A stretch of 64,000 nt of DNA, taken from contig CAZNNH010000009.1 in assembly GCA_964574335.1 (NCBI GenBank), forward strand, positions 11,634 through 75,633. The letters are read 5' to 3'. The position numbers were made by a program, and so were the translations under genes. Numbering within the stretch: position 1 is the stretch's first letter; each line of letters opens with the position of its first letter. Source of the DNA: an uncultured Acidobacteriota bacterium. GTDB lineage: Bacteria; Acidobacteriota; Vicinamibacteria; Fen-336. The notes beneath the pieces are model-generated. The model was not told the origin of the DNA. It did no database searches and saw only the letters and a program-made list of their open reading frames with translations. This document shows positions 55,471-63,504 of this stretch, piece after piece.

Positions 55471-57195
55471 CTACTCGATGTAGCCCAGCGCCCTGAGGGC
55501 CTCGTCCAGATCCCCCGTGGCCTCGGCGTCCGAGCCGCGGGACCGGGCACGCACCCGGCTCAGGTAGGCGACCACTCGCCGTCGGCCGCGCTCGAGGGCG
55601 TCCTTGTCCTCGAGGGGCGAGCGCTCCTGCGGGTCCTTCGACAGGTCGAACACCTGCTCGCGCAGGATGTGAGGCGGTATGCTCTCCCCGGGCTCCACAT
55701 CGGCAATGTACTTCAGCGGTCCTTCCCGGACCGCCACCCGGTCCACCGTGATCGAGTCCTTCAGCCGAGGGTTGGGCTTGGTCTCGGCGAAGAGGGGGAC
55801 CGTTGCCATTTGGCCGCCGCGCAAGAGCGGCAAGAGGCTGCGCCCCTGGAAGGAGGTCGGGATCGGGATCCCCCACACATCGAGCACGGTTGGGGCAAGG
55901 TCCACGAGCGAGACCGGTTGGGAGAACCGCCCACCCGGTAGGCCGGGGACCCGGAACGCCAGCGGCACACGGAGCATCTCCTGGAAGAGGGTCTTGGAGT
56001 GGAACCACCCGCCGTGGTCCTGGAACTCCTCGCCGTGGTCCGCCGAGTACACGACCAGGGCCTGGTCGTAGAGGCCGCGAGCCCGGAGCGCCTCGACCAG
56101 GCGACGGATCCGGTCGTCCGTGTAGGCGATCTCCGCGTCGTAGAGCGCCTCGGCTCGCACCGGGTCCGTGAGCTCCTCCGGCGTCGTGATCGGCCCCTTG
56201 TAGCCGGGGTCGAACCGGCGAGCGAAGGGCTCCGGAGGTGCGTAGGGAAAGTGGGCGTCCACGTAGTGCACGAAGATGACGAGGTCGTCGGCGGGCCACT
56301 CGTCGAGCGAGGCCAGGATCTTGCGGTTCACCTCGTCCGCCGAGTGATCCACGGAGGCGTACTTCAGGATGTCGAATCCCCTGAACCCGGACGCGCCCTG
56401 GATCAGGGCGTTGGCCGAGACGCCGAGGACCGTGAAGCCCGCGCTGCCCAGCAGGTCGAAGAGCTGGGGGACGCTCTGGTCGCACCGCCGGTAGGCCGAG
56501 TCGGCACCGTGGAACCCGGGGAAGCGCGCCGTGAACGCGGAGCCGAACGACGGCAGCGTCCAGGAGGCGGGCGCCACGACGTTCTCGAAGACCGCCCAGC
56601 CTTTCGCCAGCTCGTCGACCTCGGGAGTGGTGGGGCGGGCGTAGCCGTAGAGGCTCAGGTGGTCGGTGCGGACCGCATCCTGGGAGATCCAGATCAGCAC
56701 CCGCCGAGAACGGTGCTCCCTGGTCGGGGGCACCACCCGGGGCGAGCCGACCAGGACCGTAGGGTGGTTCTCGCTCGCGTCCCGGCTTCTCGGTGAGACG
56801 CTGATCTCGATCCGGGTCGGGCCGGACATCGCGAGCGGTACCGAGACCGCCTTCCAGTTCAGCCTCTCGCGGGAGAACATGTCCTTCCGAAAGAGGGTCT
56901 GCCCGTCGGCGGTGACCTCGAATCGCAGGTGCCCGGGAACCGTGCCCGGCGTGGTCCAGTGAAAGTCGAGGCGGCTGCCGTGGGGAACGTCCACCTCGAC
57001 CGAGCGCTTCTCGCCGCCGGCGACCTCGATGGCCGGTAGCTCGACCCGGTCCAGCATGTGGGGCTCCGCTGGACCGAGACCCGGCCAGAGGCGCTGCGGA
57101 CGTGGGGGGGCCTCGCCGCAGGAGGTCAACAAGCCGAGGGCGACGAGAGACGTGACCAGAAGGCCCCGCCGCGCGCGCGTCGTGGCGTTGGTCAT
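55471..57195 (-). CDS. Sulfatase-like (alkaline phosphatase superfamily) lipoprotein
   Basis: Lipobox LGLLTSCGEA; RVLIWISQDAVRTDHLSLYGYARPTTPEVDELA metal-binding region; C-terminal sulfatase fold motifs DHGEEF, HSKTLFQE. The position expected for the CxPxR formylglycine motif reads W-T-L-P-S-F (alignment uncertain). Confidence 0.7.
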   Translation of the reverse strand: MTNATTRARRGLLVTSLVALGLLTSCGEAPPRPQRLWPGLGPAEPHMLDRVELPAIEVAGGEKRSVEVDVPHGSRLDFHWTTPGTVPGHLRFEVTADGQTLFRKDMFSRERLNWKAVSVPLAMSGPTRIEISVSPRSRDASENHPTVLVGSPRVVPPTREHRSRRVLIWISQDAVRTDHLSLYGYARPTTPEVDELAKGWAVFENVVAPASWTLPSFGSAFTARFPGFHGADSAYRRCDQSVPQLFDLLGSAGFTVLGVSANALIQGASGFRGFDILKYASVDHSADEVNRKILASLDEWPADDLVIFVHYVDAHFPYAPPEPFARRFDPGYKGPITTPEELTDPVRAEALYDAEIAYTDDRIRRLVEALRARGLYDQALVVYSADHGEEFQDHGGWFHSKTLFQEMLRVPLAFRVPGLPGGRFSQPVSLVDLAPTVLDVWGIPIPTSFQGRSLLPLLRGGQMATVPLFAETKPNPRLKDSITVDRVAVREGPLKYIADVEPGESIPPHILREQVFDLSKDPQERSPLEDKDALERGRRRVVAYLSRVRARSRGSDAEATGDLDEALRALGYIE

Positions 57196-57306
57196 GAGCG
57201 CGATCGCCTCGCGCAGCTCTGCGGCCAGCGGGCTCTTGTCGGTTCCCATAGAGGCGGCAACGGTAGCGCATGGGCGCCCCGGAGGGCAACCGGCCATCAG
57301 CCCGTC

Positions 57307-58122
57307 CTACTGCCTGTCGTGGGAGTGACCATGCGAGCGGTGGCCGTGTGGATGGGAGTGGACCAGCCCCGAGGCGTGGCGGTGGCGGTGGGAGTGTTGC
57401 AGGCCGGTGCAGAGCAGCAGGGCCTCGTCCCCCAGGATGGCGGCGGGCGGGCCCTGGGCGGCGATCCGACCCCGTTCCAGCACCACGCACCGGTCGGCAA
57501 CGTCCTCGAGGATGCCCAGGTCGTGGATCGCCGCCACCACCGTGAGGCGGCCGCCCGAGGAGGCCAGGAAGTCGATCATGCCGCTCTGGCTGCGGGGATC
57601 GAGGCTGGCGGTGGGCTCGTCGAGCAGCAGGACCTCGGGCTCCATCACCAGGGCCGAGGCCAGGGCGACCCGCTTCTTCTCGCCCAGGGAGAGGCGGTGG
57701 GGCGACCGCTCGCGCAGCGACTGGATCCCGAGCGAGACGAGGGTGGCCTCGACCCGCTCCCGGACCTCCGGGGCGGGCAGGGCGAGCTGCAGGGGCCCGA
57801 AGGCCAGCTCGTCGAAGACGGTGGGGTTGAAGAGCTGCACGTCCGGATCCTGAAAGACGAAGGCCACCCGGCGTCGGAACTCCCTGGTGAAGCTCGGATC
57901 GGCGAGCCGTTCCTCACCGAGCACGCGGCCATCGAAGGCGACGCTTCCGCTCTGCGGAAGAAGAAGGCCGTCCAGGATCTGCAGGAGCGTCGACTTGCCG
58001 GAGCCGTTGGCGCCCAGCACCGCGACCCGCTCTCCCGCCGTCACCTGGAGATCCACCCCGTCCAGGGCCGGCGTCTCCGGATAGCGGTAGACGACACCCG
58101 CAAGCTCGAAGAGCGTGCTCAC
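57307..58122 (-). CDS. cbiO: ECF/ABC transporter ATP-binding protein (CbiO/NikO-like) with C-terminal His-rich tail
   Basis: Walker A GANGSGKST, signature LSLGEKKRVALASAL, Walker B LLLDEPTASLD; tail HSHRHRHASGLVHSHPHGHRSHGHSHD; ATGA overlap with cbiQ stop. Confidence 0.85.
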   Translation of the reverse strand: MSTLFELAGVVYRYPETPALDGVDLQVTAGERVAVLGANGSGKSTLLQILDGLLLPQSGSVAFDGRVLGEERLADPSFTREFRRRVAFVFQDPDVQLFNPTVFDELAFGPLQLALPAPEVRERVEATLVSLGIQSLRERSPHRLSLGEKKRVALASALVMEPEVLLLDEPTASLDPRSQSGMIDFLASSGGRLTVVAAIHDLGILEDVADRCVVLERGRIAAQGPPAAILGDEALLLCTGLQHSHRHRHASGLVHSHPHGHRSHGHSHDRQ

Positions 58123-58925
58123 CCGAGCCTCGTCACCAGGGCCGCCAGCGCCAGCAGGAGGCCGAGAGCGCTCCAGTCCCGGGGGCGCATCCGTAGCTCG
58201 TCGAGCGTCGGGAGCTCACCGTGGAAGCCCCGGGACAACATGGCGAGGTAGACATCCCCGCTGACGCGGAGGCTCTTGCTCAGCAGCACACCCGCCGTGC
58301 CCGCCGCCAGCCGGCGTCCTTCCCGTGGCGGCAGCGATCCGAGCAGGCGGCTGCGGCGGGCGATCAGCATGCTCTGGCCGAGGCCGCACAGCAGCAGCAG
58401 GTAGCGGTAGCTCATCCCAAGCGTGACGACAAGGATGGCGGGGGCTCTCAGGGCGCGAAGCGCCTCGAGGAGCCGAGGCCAGGGTGTCGACAGGACCAGC
58501 AGCGCGGCCAGGGTGGCCGCCGCCTCGGCCCGGACTAGGAGGCGCACCGCGGCGGTGAGGCCGGTCGAGGTGACGCTCCACGTCGTCCCCGGTAGGCGCC
58601 AGAGGGGCGGGCCCGGGGTCAGGACCACGGCCGGCAGCACCACCAGGCCCGTGAAGAGAAGAACGGCGATCCAGACGCGGGTGGCCAGCAGGCGGGGAGA
58701 GATCCCGGAGAAGAGGCCCAGAAGCACCCCGAGGGCGAGGACAGAGGCGCTCACGTCGATCCGCGAGGAGGCCACGGTGGCGACCAGCAGCGCCAGCAGG
58801 CCGCACAGCTTGGCTCGGGGGTCGAGGCGCTGCAGGAGCCCCCCGCGCCCCCCGAGCTCCTCCGACCGCTCGGCGTCCTCGAGGGCCGCGGACAGGTTGG
58901 CGAGCGTCCGCTCGAGAAAGCTCAC
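58119..58925 (-). CDS. cbiQ: ECF transporter transmembrane (T) component, CbiQ family
   Basis: GTG 58925 in GTGA overlap with cbiMN stop; LDPRAKLCGLLALLVATVA N-terminus typical of CbiQ/EcfT; 5-6 TM; conserved ARRSR-type cytoplasmic loop (MLIARRSRLLG). Confidence 0.7.
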   Translation of the reverse strand: MSFLERTLANLSAALEDAERSEELGGRGGLLQRLDPRAKLCGLLALLVATVASSRIDVSASVLALGVLLGLFSGISPRLLATRVWIAVLLFTGLVVLPAVVLTPGPPLWRLPGTTWSVTSTGLTAAVRLLVRAEAAATLAALLVLSTPWPRLLEALRALRAPAILVVTLGMSYRYLLLLCGLGQSMLIARRSRLLGSLPPREGRRLAAGTAGVLLSKSLRVSGDVYLAMLSRGFHGELPTLDELRMRPRDWSALGLLLALAALVTRLG

Positions 58926-60004
58926 CCGGCCTCGGCTCCCGCGCCCGGCGGGCGTGAGCCCGTGCCGCGGCGCAGCAGGGCTCCGATGACGAGGCAGAGG
59001 AGGATGACCAGCCCCGTGCCGAGCATACCGGACATCAGGTATCCGAAGCCGGCGCTCTTGAGGAAGGACGGGGCGTAGTCTGGAAACGGGGCCGTCCAGA
59101 AGGACGACAGACGGGCAAGACCGCGGGGCACGGACTCCGGCGGCGCGATTCCGCCCGAGGCGGCGGTGATGGCGGCCCGCCCGGCGGGATCGGCGAAGTC
59201 GTCCGGAGACCATTCGCCCCAGGCGGTGCCGGCGGCCAGTAGCCCGAGCGGTGCCGCGACCAGGAGCGCGGCCAGGCCGAGCCACAGGCGTCGCACCGCG
59301 TCGCCTCGGCCCTCCCGGGCCAGGCCGGCGACGCCTCCGGCGAGCAGCTCCGGCTCCGCCTTCTGCAGCCAGCGCACGATCCCCGCAGAGACCAGCAGCT
59401 CGGCCACGCCGGCCACGGTGAGGTGTCCCAGCATCATCGCCGGGACCGCGATGCTCAGCGGGTAGGGGGCAAACAGAGGCGCTCCGGTCGCGTCGTGGAA
59501 GAGGGCGGGCTGGATCCCGAACTCGAGCGCCGCCAAGAGCGCCGAGGCGTTGAGCGCCAGGTAGCCGGCGGCGCCGGCCGCGAGGGCCCTGCGCCGTGAG
59601 GTGATCGCCGAGCCTCCCGCGAGCAGACGGTAGGCGACAAAGGCCACCCCCGACCCGAGGATGGCCATGTTGAAGGCGTTGGCCCCGAAGGCGGTCACGC
59701 CCCCGTCGCCGAAGAAGAGGGCCTGGATCAGGAGCGCCACCGACAGCGCGAGCATGGCGCCCCAGGGACCCAGCACGACCGTCGCGATCCCGACCCCGGT
59801 CGCGTGGCCGGTGGTCCCTCCCGGCAGCGGGATGTTGAACAGCATCACCACGAAGGAGAAGGCCGAGAACAGGGCCAGCAGCGGTACCAGGCGGGCGTCG
59901 AGGCGGCGTCGCAGCCGCCGCAGGGCGACATACCAGAACGGCGTCGCGCCCGCGTAGAGCGCCGCACACGTCGAGGGACTCAGATAGCCGTCGGGAATGT
60001 GCAT
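58922..60004 (-). CDS. cbiMN: Ni/Co ECF transporter substrate-specific component, CbiM-CbiN fusion
   Basis: N-terminus MHIPDGYLSP (hallmark MHIxxG of CbiM/NikM); 7 TM CbiM body, then periplasmic segment and extra C-terminal TM (LMSGMLGTGLVILLCLVIGALL) consistent with fused CbiN. Confidence 0.8.
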   Translation of the reverse strand: MHIPDGYLSPSTCAALYAGATPFWYVALRRLRRRLDARLVPLLALFSAFSFVVMLFNIPLPGGTTGHATGVGIATVVLGPWGAMLALSVALLIQALFFGDGGVTAFGANAFNMAILGSGVAFVAYRLLAGGSAITSRRRALAAGAAGYLALNASALLAALEFGIQPALFHDATGAPLFAPYPLSIAVPAMMLGHLTVAGVAELLVSAGIVRWLQKAEPELLAGGVAGLAREGRGDAVRRLWLGLAALLVAAPLGLLAAGTAWGEWSPDDFADPAGRAAITAASGGIAPPESVPRGLARLSSFWTAPFPDYAPSFLKSAGFGYLMSGMLGTGLVILLCLVIGALLRRGTGSRPPGAGAEAG

Positions 60005-60158
60005 GGCGTGTCGCGGGGCCGCCGGTGACCCCACCTGGCCATTATCCAACAGCCGGGGGCCGCCGTGAGGCCACTCGGGCCGGGACACGCCGACGTGCCG
60101 CTACGGGCGTCGTTTGGCACTAGTTCGTACCGGGACGGCTTCGGAGGGCTACGGACCG

Positions 60159-60179
60159 AGGCGCTCGTAGAGGACGACC
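60159..60179. repeat. Left copy of 21-bp direct repeat (att-like), within orphan gene-3'-end remnant 60149-60185
   Basis: Exact match to 63515-63535; flanking 40 bp ~75% similar. Confidence 0.7.
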
Positions 60180-60320
60180 GTGAGGGTCGTCTCTGTTTCT
60201 GATGTTCGGGGCGGGCGACGGGGGGATCTCGCTGAGATCGGATGGCTGACTGAGGCACACGTCGCTTCGCGACGTGTGCGGCGGTGCCTACAGTAGAATC
60301 CGCGAGAAGCTCGCGGAGTA

Positions 60321-61502
60321 GTGGAGGGTATGGTGTTTGCCGTGACTACTAGCCGTCGGAGGGGAGGCGTGCTGCTTCTCTTCTTGCTGGCGCTCGCATT
60401 CGGGGGCATGGGCGATGCGAAGGCGGGCGAGGAGTACAAAGGACATCGCTGTCCTTTCGACCCACACGACATCCCAGCCACGGAAGTAGACAGGCGGATG
60501 GAAGCACCCATGTCACCGCTCGAGCGGGCAATCTGCGCGGCCTGGTGCCTGAAGGAGGTGGACGCGGCGAAGCGCGCTACGGGACTGCGGGCTTTGGTGC
60601 CAGAGCGGGGTCCCCTGGAGGCCGCCCTCCGAGACCTGGTGAGCGGCGACCGAGCATCCGAGTACGCGGCCCTTGAACCTAGTGAGCTGGAAGAAGAACT
60701 CGTCCGCCGGCTGTTGCCGCACCTGAGTTCCCACGATGCTGGCGTGAGGGCGGGGGCTGCGTCTCTCCTGGGGCTCCTGGGCTCACCGGATGCCGTCCCC
60801 GCTCTTGGTGGGCTCGTCTCGGATCGGGACGCGGATGTGCGAGTGGCTGTGGTAGGTGCTCTTCGGGAGATCCATGATCCCCGGACTTTGGGCCCCCTGG
60901 TTCGGGCGGCCCGTGGTTCAGACCCGTTTGTGGGAATATCAGCCGTCGCGGGAGTTGCTGAAGTCGGCGGGCGGGACGCCCGCGAGGCTCTCATTGAGAT
61001 TGTGGGCGACCGCAGGCTGGCCCGGAACGTGAGGCAGGCTGCGGCCGGACGGCTCCGTGCGACCAACGACCCGGCAGCACGGGCGGCGGCCGAGAGGTAT
61101 GTCGCAACGCTCCGTCCGCAGTGGCAGCGAGCGTTCTACTTTGCGGGTCTTCTGTATGTGATGGCCTTCTTCGCAAGCCGGCCCAACAGCGGGAAGGGAT
61201 GGCGGGTCGCGTACTACGCAGCCGTCGTGGGCTCAGTCATAGTGCTGGTGAACCCGGTATGGCTCATCGCTGGGGAAGAGACCGCGGTCTTCTGGGGCCT
61301 GGCTGTTCTGTACCCCCTCGGGCTTGGGCTTGGGGGGGTTCCGATCCTGTGGCTCCTGAAGCGGCTCGGGCACGTGGAGACCGCTCAGGCTATGGGGAAG
61401 CGCCTCTGCCGGAGCATCTTCGTCATCTGGGGGTCGCTGGCGGTCTGGGTTGTCGTCGTATTCCTGCTCATGCTCGTGGGCCTGGCCCTCGCTTGGCGAT
61501 GA
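60321..61502 (+). CDS. HEAT-repeat (PBS-lyase-like) protein with N-terminal signal/TM and C-terminal 4-TM membrane domain
   Basis: HEAT-like repeats (DAGVRAGAASLLGLLGSPDAVPALGGLVSDRDADVRVAVVGALREIHDPRTLGPLVRAA...); C-terminal hydrophobic helices; lower GC than surroundings. Confidence 0.55.
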   Translation: MEGMVFAVTTSRRRGGVLLLFLLALAFGGMGDAKAGEEYKGHRCPFDPHDIPATEVDRRMEAPMSPLERAICAAWCLKEVDAAKRATGLRALVPERGPLEAALRDLVSGDRASEYAALEPSELEEELVRRLLPHLSSHDAGVRAGAASLLGLLGSPDAVPALGGLVSDRDADVRVAVVGALREIHDPRTLGPLVRAARGSDPFVGISAVAGVAEVGGRDAREALIEIVGDRRLARNVRQAAAGRLRATNDPAARAAAERYVATLRPQWQRAFYFAGLLYVMAFFASRPNSGKGWRVAYYAAVVGSVIVLVNPVWLIAGEETAVFWGLAVLYPLGLGLGGVPILWLLKRLGHVETAQAMGKRLCRSIFVIWGSLAVWVVVVFLLMLVGLALAWR

Positions 61503-61535
61503 TGAAGGGGGTGGCCGGCAGTTGGTGAGACGGGC

Positions 61536-61572
61536 GCCGCCCTCAGGATGACACCCGGGCCTGACCCGGCGA
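61536..61572. repeat. Solitary copy of CCCTCAGGATGAC-core repeat (related to tandem array at 63308-63425)
   Basis: gccctcaggatgacacccgggcctgacccgg shares the 14-nt core ccctcag(a/g)atgac(a/g) with the three tandem units downstream of the HNH gene. Confidence 0.5.
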
Positions 61573-61859
61573 CGCCCAGGTGCTCAGGCTCCGCGACGGA
61601 CAACGGAGGCCCTCGGTGCAGAGCTCTTCTGTTCCCCGGAAGGATCTGCTCTCTTCACTTTCTTCAACTTTCCACTTGACAGGTTCTCGGAAACGGGTTC
61701 ATGGAGAAGACGGACGCCTACCAGAACGCCGCTCTCGCCGCGTGACGTGGCCGATGGAAGAGGCAGTGACGCGAGGGATCTCCGCGACGCACCCCAGGCG
61801 CGTAGCGCCCAACGCTCGGCCTCTCCGACGGTCGCGAAGGGGCCGCCTATATTCCAGGC

Positions 61860-63221
61860 ATGAGCATCACACCGACGACCACGCTCGAGGCGCTCGAGGA
61901 TGACGTGCTGCTGGAACGGGTCCGCGTTCTGGCGAAGGACTCGCGGCGCATCGAGGCCGATCTCATCGCCCACCTCGCCGAGGTCGACGTGCGTGGGCTC
62001 CTGGCACGGCACGCCGCGTCGTCGACGTTCGGCTACTGCCGGGAGACCCTGAACCTCTCCGAGTCCGAGGCCTATCTCCGAATCGCGGTGGCGCGGGCTT
62101 CGCGGCGGCACCCGATGCTGCTGGAGATGCTGGCCGACGGGCGGCTGCACCTCACCGGGGCCGGCAAGCTGGCGCCCCACCTGACGGTGGAGAATCGCGA
62201 CGGACTGCTCGCCCGCGCCACCCGCCAGTCGAAGCGCCGGATCGAGGAGCTGATCGCCGAGGTGTGCCCGCAGCCCGACGTCCCGGCACGGATCCGGAAG
62301 CTGCCCGTTCGCCAACTGCGTCCGGACGCAGTTGGCGGTCGGGCAGACGGTCCTGAAGGGTGCCGTCTTGCTGGCCCGACGCCGGAGGCGTTGGAGGACG
62401 CTGCTCGTCCAGCGACTGTGCCGGCGCAGGCATCACCGCCGTCCCCGCGGGGCGCAGTCGATGCGGCCGTCCCGTCGCCGCCCCTGGATGCCGCCCTTGC
62501 CGCGGTCGCTGCGGCGCAGGCGCCACCCGTCGCCCCGGCGCTGGTCCGACCGGCACCGACGGCGGCAGCGCGGATCTCGCCGCTGGCGCCGGCACGCTTC
62601 AAGGTCCAGTTCACGGCTTCGGGGGAGCTCCGCGACAAGCTCGAACGCCTGCGGGAGCTGATGCGCGCCAGCGTGCCAAGCGGGGACCTGGCGGCGGTGA
62701 TGGAGGCGGCGGTGACGGAGAAGCTGGAGCGGCTCGAGGCCCGGCGCTACGCGCAGACGAAGGCTCCCCGGAAGACGATGGCCGACACCGATACCTCGCC
62801 GAGCTCACGGAAGATCCCGGCAGCCGTCCGGCGGGCGGTGTACGAACGGGACGGGGGCCGCTGCACCTTCGTGGACGCGCAGGGCAAGCGCTGCACGGAA
62901 CGCCACCGACTGGAGTTCCACCACGCCGGCAAGGCCTGGGCGCGCGGCGGCGACCACAGCGTGAGGAACATTCGGCTGGCGTGTGTCCGCCATCACCAAC
63001 ACCTGGCCGACCTGGAGTTTGGTCGCGCATGGATGGATCGGTGCCGTCGATCGGACGCTGGCGTTCCGGAGCGCCATCGCCCGGTTGAGGCTGACCCGGC
63101 GGCGCCGCATCGTCAGTTTCCTCGGCGCGCATCGTGTGCCACGACATCCCGCAGGGAGGCATCTCGGGTGCGCAGCTATGCGGCGGCCTCTCGAAGAGCG
63201 CACGGCCAGTCGGCGATGTGA
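61860..63221 (+). CDS. DUF222 plus HNH endonuclease domain protein
   Basis: N-terminal DUF222-like region (LEDDVLLERVRVLAKDSRRIEADLIAHLAEVDVRGL...GYCRETLNLSESEAYLRIAVAR). C-terminal HNH motif IPAAVRRAVYERDGGRCTFVDAQGKRCTERHRLEFHHAGKAWARGGDHSVRNIRLACVRHH; Ala/Pro-rich linker; true stop may be effectively earlier (C-terminal 60 aa low complexity). Confidence 0.75.
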   Translation: MSITPTTTLEALEDDVLLERVRVLAKDSRRIEADLIAHLAEVDVRGLLARHAASSTFGYCRETLNLSESEAYLRIAVARASRRHPMLLEMLADGRLHLTGAGKLAPHLTVENRDGLLARATRQSKRRIEELIAEVCPQPDVPARIRKLPVRQLRPDAVGGRADGPEGCRLAGPTPEALEDAARPATVPAQASPPSPRGAVDAAVPSPPLDAALAAVAAAQAPPVAPALVRPAPTAAARISPLAPARFKVQFTASGELRDKLERLRELMRASVPSGDLAAVMEAAVTEKLERLEARRYAQTKAPRKTMADTDTSPSSRKIPAAVRRAVYERDGGRCTFVDAQGKRCTERHRLEFHHAGKAWARGGDHSVRNIRLACVRHHQHLADLEFGRAWMDRCRRSDAGVPERHRPVEADPAAPHRQFPRRASCATTSRREASRVRSYAAASRRAHGQSAM

Positions 63222-63307
63222 TCCTGAGTGCTTCTTCGACGCTGCGCCCCGGAAGGATCTCGGCCGCGTCGCCTGAGTCCCGGATTCTTCGGGCGCTCGC
63301 AGACCGG

Positions 63308-63425
63308 CTCCCTCAGAATGACGTGTCAGGCCTGAGGCCAGCGGCGCCCTCAGAATGACGCGTGTGGCCTGAGGCTCGCGGTGCCCTCAGGATGACGCTC
63401 TGGTCCGATCCGGCGCCGCGAAGGT
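63308..63425. repeat. Three tandem ~38-39-bp repeats, each with internal inverted repeat (CCTCAG...CTGAGG hairpin), REP/MITE-like
   Basis: Units tccctcagaatgacgtgtcaggcctgaggccagcggcg / ccctcagaatgacgcgtgtggcctgaggctcgcggtg / ccctcaggatgacgctctggtccgatccggcgccg; first two have perfect 6-7-bp stems. Confidence 0.65.
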
Positions 63426-63504
63426 CGGTTCCCCGACTGCGAACGGAGAGCGTCGCCGGCTGGTGTCTTGGGTGGCCGCTCACGGGGCACTTCCTTCTGG
63501 AAGG

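Noticed and set aside
55361-57490. 709-aa minus-strand ORF overlapping sulfatase gene in another frame
   Set aside because: Pro/Arg/Gly-rich low-complexity; the sulfatase frame is protein-like with lipobox.
58926-59969. N-terminal 348 codons of the 616-aa ORF 58119..59969
   Set aside because: Overlaps cbiMN in another frame and is R/G/P-rich. Only the C-terminal 268 codons (cbiQ) are real, supported by GTGA coupling.
60149-61066. 305-aa minus-strand ORF antisense to HEAT-repeat gene
   Set aside because: Ser/Arg/Thr/Ala-rich nonsense. Only its last 12 codons are meaningful, as an orphan gene-3'-end remnant (reported as part of the islet finding).
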